This document shows positions 1 through 7,759 of a DNA stretch of 64,000 bases, one piece after another. The DNA lies in the IMG/VR virus record IMGVR_UViG_3300042261_002390, positions 1 to 64,000 of that record; one strand, 5' to 3'. The notes under the pieces are model-generated. The model did not search any database. It saw only the letters and a program-made list of their open reading frames with translations, and was not told the origin of the DNA. The translations under genes and the position numbers were made by a program. Position 1 is the stretch's first letter, and each line of letters begins with the position of its first letter.

Positions 1-402
1 TTATATCCTAATTTTATCATTGCATTTTTTACTAATGTCTGTGCTTGTGAGATACTTATTGGTTTTTTTTTGTGGATTAAAACCAGTGGTACTTAGCCAT
101 TCTTGAAATCCATCTTGGAACTCTTGTGGTGTATCGATACGAGATGCAGCATATTTGACTGATGCTGATTTATCTGTTGCTTTTTGTAAATATGCCACAT
201 CAGCAGGTACTTTGTATTGCGTCGTTGGTAATTGTTCGTCAATTGGTACGCAGTTAGGTACTTCTTTACCTTCCTTATCTTTCATACCATATTGTTTATA
301 GCCATCCCAACATGAATCTTCTTCATTTAACACCGTTTTATATCCGGGATTTATTTTTCCCATCATTTCAAATAGTTTCTGTTTATTTTGAACATTTTTC
401 AT
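1..402 (-). CDS. Putative head-associated/internal protein with shared N-terminal leader and CWxGY...VPNC motif
   Basis: Likely true start MKNVQNKQKLFEMM at 402 (GGTATTTATA motif on the minus strand at ~418-426); contains CWDGYKQYGMKDKEGKEVPNCVP, a motif type seen in T4-like phage late proteins; TAA stop at 1-3. Confidence 0.6.
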   Translation of the reverse strand: MKNVQNKQKLFEMMGKINPGYKTVLNEEDSCWDGYKQYGMKDKEGKEVPNCVPIDEQLPTTQYKVPADVAYLQKATDKSASVKYAASRIDTPQEFQDGFQEWLSTTGFNPQKKTNKYLTSTDISKKCNDKIRI

Positions 403-434
403 GTCACCGATTTTAATATAAATACCACAATAAC

Positions 435-466
435 AAAAAAATGCACCAAGAAATATGGTGCATTTT
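435..466 (-). terminator. Intrinsic terminator-like hairpin
   Basis: AAAATGCACCA (438-448) / TGGTGCATTTT (456-466) 11-bp stem with T-run on the minus strand. Confidence 0.6.
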
Positions 467-641
467 AATCTCATCAGTCAGTCTCAAATTTTACGTAACC
501 ACTGTCTGGCAATAAAATTTTGAAAAATCATTCCTGATTTTCTCTCAGACATAACTTAATTCATTCATACATTAAGCAATGATTTTCATTTAATAAATAC
601 TGTATTTCATGAAATTTATTATGGATTAATATAAAACATTT

Positions 642-650
642 AGTATTTAT
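642..650 (+). promoter_or_regulatory. Putative late promoter motif AGTATTTAT (first of ~25 copies)
   Basis: Same GTATTTAT core recurs ~15-70 nt upstream of starts at 402(-), 667, 3909(-), 3986, 5177, 7760, 10254, 10863, 13002, 15110, 21296(-), 22811, 30013, 32212, 35920, 38615(-), 40772(-), 41076, 43980, 44419, 48997(-), 53850, 54986, 57942; CTATTTATA variant before 21398 and 22025. Confidence 0.75.
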
Positions 651-666
651 TATAAATTTTAAATCG

Positions 667-1266
667 ATGAGCACAAAAAATTTAATAAAAATCATTAATG
701 AAACTATTGAAGAATTTGATTTTCTCAATAACGAATCTTCGCTTATGGAACAGGAAACCATTGAATTGCTGAAAAATGAAGATTTACAGAAACGATTTAT
801 TTGTGATTCATTATTGGAGAGAAATGATAAAATAAAAATCCTTAATAATGAAACAGCTAGTTTAGACGGTAATTGGGAAGATGACCCTGAAAACGCAAAC
901 ATGCTTTCAATTCAATATGACCTAAAGTTACAATACACATATGATTCGAGTAAAGAACCTTTAGTATTTAATTTATTTTTTTATGGTGATAATGTTAGTA
1001 TTTCTACAGCAGATAGATTTGAAAAGGGCGATTATTACTCACCATCAGAAGGAGAATCTTGGTTTAGAAATATTGAATGGGATGATATTAATGTTGAATT
1101 GGCAACCGAAGAAGGTGATGAAATTAGATTTATAGCATTTGAAAAAGCACCGTATAATATTAAAAGAATATTCATACGTGAATTTGTCGAAAATTTTATT
1201 AGTTCATATACGAATATGGATGTTCGTGATAATATTGATAAATCACAAGTAACACAATTCTGCTGA
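667..1266 (+). CDS. Hypothetical late protein (acidic)
   Basis: 199-aa ORF behind late motif; N-terminal LIKIINE; no recognisable catalytic motif. Confidence 0.6.
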   Translation: MSTKNLIKIINETIEEFDFLNNESSLMEQETIELLKNEDLQKRFICDSLLERNDKIKILNNETASLDGNWEDDPENANMLSIQYDLKLQYTYDSSKEPLVFNLFFYGDNVSISTADRFEKGDYYSPSEGESWFRNIEWDDINVELATEEGDEIRFIAFEKAPYNIKRIFIREFVENFISSYTNMDVRDNIDKSQVTQFC

Positions 1267-1267
1267 G

Positions 1268-1681
1268 ATGAACGAAGAAAAAAAGAAAATACTCGATAAG
1301 ATTAATTTGCTCATCGATAAAAGAAAGGATGAGTTACTTCAAAGATTTCCACATATACATGAAATCGAAGATGGTATCATTATTCGATTTTTTACTAATT
1401 GGAATAATTGCAGTAATAATGAAGAAGTTAGATATAAAAGGTTTGTTAATGAAAGTGATGATGACGATATTACTGTTTTACATTTTATTCCAAAAGGAAC
1501 AAAACTTGAGTTAATGAAGCACGAGTATATCAACTCAATAATATGTATCAACGGTAGAATAAAAATTAAAATAGATAGTGAAGCATTTATACTTGAATCC
1601 AATAAAAAACTATATCTACCTAACAATGAGTTTGAAGCATACGCTTTTGAAGATACTTATGTAATTACACAAAATAAGTAA
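1268..1681 (+). CDS. Cupin-like beta-barrel protein
   Basis: Pattern HFIPKGTKLELMKHEYINSIICINGRIKIKID...ILESNKKLYLP resembles the cupin double-stranded beta-helix. Confidence 0.4.
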   Translation: MNEEKKKILDKINLLIDKRKDELLQRFPHIHEIEDGIIIRFFTNWNNCSNNEEVRYKRFVNESDDDDITVLHFIPKGTKLELMKHEYINSIICINGRIKIKIDSEAFILESNKKLYLPNNEFEAYAFEDTYVITQNK

Positions 1682-1894
1682 TTACCATTTCTTTTTAGGT
1701 GCTGCACAAGATGAATACCTGCTTCTTACTTTAGCTGGCATATAGCATCCACATAAATTACATGTTTTATTTGATTTTTTAAAGTCATCACATTCAACAC
1801 AAATCTCTATTCTTTTTTTTGCCAATTCTTCAGCTTCAGGATTTTCAAAAATTAAATTTTTCCAGCCATCATAAATTTCCAATAAAATGCTCAT
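1682..1894 (-). CDS. Small Cys-rich putative metal-binding protein
   Basis: CVEC...CNLCGC..K......C....W pattern in 70 aa. Confidence 0.55.
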   Translation of the reverse strand: MSILLEIYDGWKNLIFENPEAEELAKKRIEICVECDDFKKSNKTCNLCGCYMPAKVRSRYSSCAAPKKKW

Positions 1895-1896
1895 AA

Positions 1897-3909
1897 TTAT
1901 CGATAAATAATTCTACCACCTTTACTCACTAAAATATTTTCATTTACTTTTGATTCCCAAATAGCATTATGTAATACTTCAGGAGATGTTAATGCATTGT
2001 CATATATTCTTAACTTCTGAATACCACCAATAAATGATGTGTTAAAGTTTTGTTCAATAGTTAAATCATTTTTTCTCAAGTCTTGTACTAAAATATCAGA
2101 TGCGGTATATCTAAAGTTCTTAATAAATAAAGGTTTATCAATGTTAAAAGTATTTGATGTTTGAATCAATAAACCAACATTAATGAAATTTTGTCCACTA
2201 TTATCTGATGTTTTAATTACAGATTTTAAGTTATTCCATGTATTTTGACCAGTAATCAAGCTATTTTGAACAGTTCCACCAGTTAGTACACTATTTGCAT
2301 ACCAACCATAGTTGCTTAAATTTCCAAACATATCAATAACTGGTTCACCTGTTTCGCCATAATACATAATACCGTTAGTATATATGTATTCAAATTCATC
2401 CGGGAATGGATGTAACCCAAGTCTTTCTGCTGTTTGTATACTATTAACAGTAATTGGGAAAGAATATTCAATAGCATTATACACATTAACATCAGTAGTA
2501 TCACTGTATGCTAATATTGATAATAAGTTTGTTACAGAATTACCACTACTATCAACATTTCTAAAGAAACCATCATCAAATATTGATACATCGAAAGTAT
2601 AATCTCTATTAGACAACACTGATATTGGGTTATTAAATTTGATGAAATATGTATTTCCAGTACCACCGGTATAATCAACACGGAAAACAGTATAATCAAA
2701 CTTTTGTGTATCTGCACTTAATACTAGTCCTGATAATGGATTATCACCAATAAGCGGGTTTTCTTGAACCGAAAAATTGGTGTTTATATATGTAGTATCT
2801 TCGCCACTATATAATCCATACGTTTGATAGTCATAATGCCACGAATGTTCTAATCCAAATGAACCGCCACCCCAACTAATTGAATAAGGGACTCCGATTT
2901 GTTTTTCTCTTTGGTTAACAAATCCATGAAAATAAAACTCAGGAAAATTATATATAATCCAATTTGCTCGACCATTTACATAAAATATTAATTTACCTGT
3001 TCTTTGTTTACCACACTCTAGCGATATTGGAGAATTGAATACATAATCGGGAGTAAATACAACATCAATCATAGTAAATCCAGTTACTGTTATTGGTGTT
3101 GGAGATGTATTTGTAATAGTAAATCCAGATAAATCAATATATTTATATGCTAATCGTTTGTCATTTGTTAATTCAAATGCAATCATGTTATTCTTTATAT
3201 TATTGACTTGTGGGTGTTCACTATATTTAATCTCAGTGCTATCTTCGGGATAAATAAAACCTTTTTTAGTTATAGTTTCGCCAACAAATGCATTTAAATA
3301 ATCCCCGGCACTTGTAGTTACACCACTAGTTATTGTTATACCAGTAATTGTCTCACCGCTAAAATATGGATTATATTTATCTTCGGCACGAGCACCCATC
3401 ATAAAGAAAATCCCATGTGATTCGGGTAGAATATTTAAAACAGTTTCAATTGTAATACCATTATTATATCTTGCCGGGAATATAGTATAATTATAATCTT
3501 CTAATTTAAAAAATCCATGTAAATATCCACCGTTCAAATTAAAATAATTTCCACTTGTTGCAGTAATTCCGGTAATTGGTAGATATTCAGTATTAATTGT
3601 CGCACCACTCGTTTGACCAGTAGTTGGATTTAATATGTCATAAAATCCAATTTTATTCATTTTTAGGTACGTGTCATTAGGTGTAAGTGTTTCACCTTCC
3701 CACATTAGTCCATTAGCAACGTCAAATGATGTTAATCCAAAATCATATAAATTAATATTATCAGAAACAGCATTAGTCCACTTATTTAAACTAATTGTAG
3801 TTAGTCCAGTATTGAAGTCAATCCACGATTTAACGTTTGTTAAATCAATATGTATTGCTAAATTATTCGTAATTATACCATTTAAACATTCTAAATTCAT
3901 TTTGCACAA
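1897..3909 (-). CDS. Virion structural protein with LamG/concanavalin-A-like C-terminal motif
   Basis: 670 aa, Thr/Gly/Asn-rich beta-type composition; C-terminal FIGGIQKLRIYDNALTSPEVLHN is LamG-like; late motif upstream; start may be 3900. Confidence 0.5.
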   Translation of the reverse strand: MCKMNLECLNGIITNNLAIHIDLTNVKSWIDFNTGLTTISLNKWTNAVSDNINLYDFGLTSFDVANGLMWEGETLTPNDTYLKMNKIGFYDILNPTTGQTSGATINTEYLPITGITATSGNYFNLNGGYLHGFFKLEDYNYTIFPARYNNGITIETVLNILPESHGIFFMMGARAEDKYNPYFSGETITGITITSGVTTSAGDYLNAFVGETITKKGFIYPEDSTEIKYSEHPQVNNIKNNMIAFELTNDKRLAYKYIDLSGFTITNTSPTPITVTGFTMIDVVFTPDYVFNSPISLECGKQRTGKLIFYVNGRANWIIYNFPEFYFHGFVNQREKQIGVPYSISWGGGSFGLEHSWHYDYQTYGLYSGEDTTYINTNFSVQENPLIGDNPLSGLVLSADTQKFDYTVFRVDYTGGTGNTYFIKFNNPISVLSNRDYTFDVSIFDDGFFRNVDSSGNSVTNLLSILAYSDTTDVNVYNAIEYSFPITVNSIQTAERLGLHPFPDEFEYIYTNGIMYYGETGEPVIDMFGNLSNYGWYANSVLTGGTVQNSLITGQNTWNNLKSVIKTSDNSGQNFINVGLLIQTSNTFNIDKPLFIKNFRYTASDILVQDLRKNDLTIEQNFNTSFIGGIQKLRIYDNALTSPEVLHNAIWESKVNENILVSKGGRIIYR

Positions 3910-3985
3910 GAATTTATAATAAATACTATTGGACTTTAATTAATATTATCGTATTTATAGAAAATAATAAATTCTAAAGAATCTC

Positions 3986-5149
3986 ATGAATAAAAACATT
4001 AAACTAAGATTATTCGAAATGATGAATAGAGTTGGTGGAATGCCAATTGTTAATGAAGCTGATTCATTACCACCCGGAATTACTAATAATGACATCATTT
4101 CATTGGATGATTTTGTTGATTCAGGCAATATTCAAGAAGATACGACTGGTGTTCAAATGCAACCAGCAGATATAAAAAAAATTGTCGATAAAAGGAAATC
4201 TGATGCTCCACGTGATAGAGAAGACCCATATATTCATTCTAAGACAATTGAAATTATTGATAAAAATGGTAATGAAATCGACCAAGAACAGCTAAAAAAA
4301 ATAATAACGCAAAGACCACCAACACTTTTAAGTAGTAATGAAAAAGTGGGTAAAACAGGTATCTTAAAGATATCATTGCCTGCATATAAAGGATTATATT
4401 ACGATGAAAAAGATGGACAATTTAAAGTAGTTAATACGTGTCCAAACGCTGGTGAATGTAAACTATATTGCTATCAACAAAAGGGTAGGTCTGTTATGTA
4501 TGATAATGCTGCAATTAGTAAAACCAGAATATTAAACTTTTTACTAAACCATTGGGATGCATTTAAATATAAAATGGTTGATGAAATTGAAACAGCCAAA
4601 ATGAGCAATGATAAAAAGGGATTAAAAACTATCGTAAGATGGCATGATTCCGGGGATTTTATTTCTGATAAGTATCTTGATTTAGCTATGGATATTGCAA
4701 GGGAAACACCAGATGTTTTACATTATGCATATACTAAAATGGTTTCATCAGCAAAACGAGCAAACGTACCTAGTAATTTTGTGTTTAGATATTCATTAGA
4801 TACTGGTTCACCCGAAACCGGATTAGTTAACAAATATGAGGATAAACATACTGAAGTAGTGCCTAAGCAATTATTTAAAGACTTAATGTATGCTAAAAAA
4901 GAACCGATTAAAGGTGGAAAAGAATTTAAAAATATTTGGCATTATAATTCAAAACACGATTTAATCGAATTTAAAAACAGATTATCAAAACAATATGGAA
5001 TCGATGTAAATACAATTATAACATTTGATGAAATGCAAAAAATTCCTGAGCAAGGTGATAATAAGTGGAACGTAATTGTTACACCATCAGACCCGGACAC
5101 TGCAGCACATAGAAAAGATGTATTAGGTGTTTATTTATTGATTCATTAA
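3986..5149 (+). CDS. GP88-like phage protein (Cys cluster, radical-SAM-like)
   Basis: NTCPNAGECKLYCY Cys triad, IVRWHDSGDF and HYAYTK motifs characteristic of the Gp88-like family; N-terminal leader KLRLFEMM...IVNE. Confidence 0.65.
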   Translation: MNKNIKLRLFEMMNRVGGMPIVNEADSLPPGITNNDIISLDDFVDSGNIQEDTTGVQMQPADIKKIVDKRKSDAPRDREDPYIHSKTIEIIDKNGNEIDQEQLKKIITQRPPTLLSSNEKVGKTGILKISLPAYKGLYYDEKDGQFKVVNTCPNAGECKLYCYQQKGRSVMYDNAAISKTRILNFLLNHWDAFKYKMVDEIETAKMSNDKKGLKTIVRWHDSGDFISDKYLDLAMDIARETPDVLHYAYTKMVSSAKRANVPSNFVFRYSLDTGSPETGLVNKYEDKHTEVVPKQLFKDLMYAKKEPIKGGKEFKNIWHYNSKHDLIEFKNRLSKQYGIDVNTIITFDEMQKIPEQGDNKWNVIVTPSDPDTAAHRKDVLGVYLLIH

Positions 5150-5176
5150 TAAGTATTTATATAAAATTTAGTAATT

Positions 5177-5632
5177 ATGAAAAAGAACGACAAACAAAGA
5201 CTTTTCGAAGTCATGGGTAGGTTAGATAAAACATTTAAGCCAAAACTCAATGAAGACATAATGAACGCCGAACCAGAAGAACACCAAAACGAAGGCGCAA
5301 CCAATAAAGCTAAGTTAGAAGAATTGGTTAAAATGGCAAAGAAAGCATATAAACATTTGCCAGATGGTGAATTACCTTCATGGGTTCAAGATAATATTAC
5401 AATTGCAAAAGAACGCTTAGGTAGTGTTTGCGGTTGGTTGCATAGCGAAGAAGAAGCCGAAGAAACTGACATGGAAGGTGAACATCGTGATATGGATGAC
5501 GAAGAAGAACACGATGAAGAAGCCGAAGAAACTGAAACTGATGAAGAAGAATCTGACGATGAAGAATCAGAAGAAGAGTCTGAAGAACCAGAAAAAGAAT
5601 CAAAACCAAAAATTCCAGTAAAGAACTGGTAA
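5177..5632 (+). CDS. Putative head internal protein, acidic C-terminus
   Basis: Leader KQRLFEVMGRLDKTFKPKLNE; ELPSWVQDNITIAKERL motif; poly-Glu/Asp tail; late motif at 5152-5160. Confidence 0.6.
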   Translation: MKKNDKQRLFEVMGRLDKTFKPKLNEDIMNAEPEEHQNEGATNKAKLEELVKMAKKAYKHLPDGELPSWVQDNITIAKERLGSVCGWLHSEEEAEETDMEGEHRDMDDEEEHDEEAEETETDEEESDDEESEEESEEPEKESKPKIPVKNW

Positions 5633-5645
5633 TACGTTATCGATT

Positions 5646-6422
5646 ATGTACAACGAAGCTGATGATAAAAAAACACATAAATCTGGCATATACGTAATTA
5701 AAAATATAATTAACAATAAAATATATGTTGGTCAAACTATTAATATTATTGAAAATAGAATAAAAAGGCATCAATACGAATTGAAAAATAATAAACATGC
5801 TAATATTTATCTACAAAGAGAATTTAATAAGTTTGGTATACATTGTTTTGAATTTAATATATTATATTTCGGCATAATAACTATTGATGAATTAAATGAA
5901 ATTGAAATTAATCTAATTCAAAAATATAAATCGAATGATGAGAATTTTGGTTATAACATCTTACTTGGCGGTAAAAATCAAAAATTACCAGAAACTGTAA
6001 AAAATAAAATAAGCAAATCGTTGTTAAATAATAAATTTACATCAAAAAAAATTGTTCAATATGATATACAAACCGGAAATATTCTTAAAACATGGGATTC
6101 GTTTAATGAAATTAAACGTCAGCTTGGGTTCAATATAGGAAATATTGCCCAATGTTGTAAATTAAATCCGCAATATCCACATTCAAATAAATTTGGTTGG
6201 AGATATTTAGATGATTACGAAAAATCAAATAAAAATGATTTAATGTATGATTTAAATTCAAAAAAACATAAAAAAATTATTGCAATAAACTGTGATGAAA
6301 TAATAGAATTTAAATCAATAAAAGAGGCTGAAGTTTATTTTAATGTTCACAGAAAATTCATACATAGAGTATTATCAGGAAAAAGAAAAAAATATCATAA
6401 TTATGAATTTAAATATGTATAA
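5646..6422 (+). CDS. Free-standing GIY-YIG homing endonuclease
   Basis: SGIYVIKNIINNKIYVGQT (GIY-YIG), HANIYLQREFNKFG, GYNILLGG, NUMOD-like ETVKNKISKS and C-terminal HTH (FKSIKEAEVYFNV). Confidence 0.9.
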   Translation: MYNEADDKKTHKSGIYVIKNIINNKIYVGQTINIIENRIKRHQYELKNNKHANIYLQREFNKFGIHCFEFNILYFGIITIDELNEIEINLIQKYKSNDENFGYNILLGGKNQKLPETVKNKISKSLLNNKFTSKKIVQYDIQTGNILKTWDSFNEIKRQLGFNIGNIAQCCKLNPQYPHSNKFGWRYLDDYEKSNKNDLMYDLNSKKHKKIIAINCDEIIEFKSIKEAEVYFNVHRKFIHRVLSGKRKKYHNYEFKYV

Positions 6423-6427
6423 TTTAA

Positions 6428-7438
6428 ATGAAAGAAAATGAAACAATATTAAATAAACCTAGACGAAGCCCAGAAGGACCTAAAAAATATACTGTTTCGG
6501 TAAAAGACCCGAGTACTGGTAATGTTAAAAAGGTTAATTTTGGCGACCCTAACATGGAAATTAAACGTGATAATCCTGAAAGACGTAAGAATTTTCGTGC
6601 TCGTCATAATTGTGATACTGCCACAGATAAAACAACGCCAAGATACTGGTCATGTAAATTTTGGTCAAAAAGAAACGTATCTGACTTGTTGAAAGAAGTA
6701 ATTGAACCAGATAGTGTTGATGTATCATCAATTCAAATGAATGATACATTAAATCCATTAATTTGGGATGAAAATGAAAAGCTTAAAACCGATGTTAGAA
6801 AAGTATTATTATTGAATGCCAAACGATTCATTGAGTTTTCTGATGTTGAAAATCTTAAATTCAACGACATAATTCTAACTGGAAGCATGGCTAATTATAA
6901 CTACAATGACGAATCTGATTTAGATGTACATATCATTATGGATTTCACACAAATATCAGAAAATATTGATTTTGTAGGTGATTTTTTAAAACTAAAAAAA
7001 CAATTATGGAGTGAATTAATACCGATTCAAGTAAAAGGTCATGATGTTGAGATGTATTTTCAAGACATTAATGAACCTCATCATTCATCTGGAACATATT
7101 CACTTATGAAAAACGATTGGGTTCGTAAACCAACGAAAAAAATTGTAAATATCGATGTGGCTAATGTTCAATTAAAATCAGCAGACTTGATGAACGCCAT
7201 TGATGATTTGGAGTCCAATAGAAGTGAAAAGAATTTTTTAAAAAAACACGAACAATTAAAAGATAAAATCAAAAAATACAGACAATCTGGCTTAGACAGC
7301 AATGGTGAATATTCCACCGAAAATCTAGTATTTAAGATACTTAGAAATTCTGGATATTTAAAAAAATTGGTTGACATTAAAAACGATTATCTGACAAACG
7401 AATTAAGTTTAGATGAATTTTTAAATCCAGATTTATGA
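6428..7438 (+). CDS. Pol-beta-superfamily nucleotidyltransferase fused to an N-terminal basic RRKNFRARHNC domain
   Basis: IILTGSMANYNYNDESDLDVHI matches hG[GS]x9-13Dh[DE]h, with a third acidic residue in DVEMY; N-terminal VKKVNFGDPNM...RRKNFRARHNCD...RYWSC. Confidence 0.75.
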   Translation: MKENETILNKPRRSPEGPKKYTVSVKDPSTGNVKKVNFGDPNMEIKRDNPERRKNFRARHNCDTATDKTTPRYWSCKFWSKRNVSDLLKEVIEPDSVDVSSIQMNDTLNPLIWDENEKLKTDVRKVLLLNAKRFIEFSDVENLKFNDIILTGSMANYNYNDESDLDVHIIMDFTQISENIDFVGDFLKLKKQLWSELIPIQVKGHDVEMYFQDINEPHHSSGTYSLMKNDWVRKPTKKIVNIDVANVQLKSADLMNAIDDLESNRSEKNFLKKHEQLKDKIKKYRQSGLDSNGEYSTENLVFKILRNSGYLKKLVDIKNDYLTNELSLDEFLNPDL

Positions 7439-7683
7439 AAAAATTTATTGTAAAAAAAGAGCAATTAGTTGAATATGTTGAAAAGAAAAAAGCCGAAAAA
7501 ACCTTTTATGACATATTAGAGCAATTACACTTAAGTACCAAAATGTTAAATGAAAACGTATCACATTTAAAGGTAAACCAGTCGATAATTGACAATTACA
7601 GAAGAAAAGATTTAATTACGCCTATGGTGTATGAAATGCTTGTTACATATAAAGTAATTAATGAAAATTATGAAATATTATAA
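7435..7683 (+). CDS. Small hypothetical protein
   Basis: 82-aa ORF overlapping upstream stop (ATGA). Confidence 0.5.
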   Translation: MKKFIVKKEQLVEYVEKKKAEKTFYDILEQLHLSTKMLNENVSHLKVNQSIIDNYRRKDLITPMVYEMLVTYKVINENYEIL

Positions 7684-7759
7684 CAAAATATCTTTTTTAC
7701 ACTAAAATAAGTATTTATGAGAAATGTAAATAATAATAGCTATTAATAAAACATAAAAA

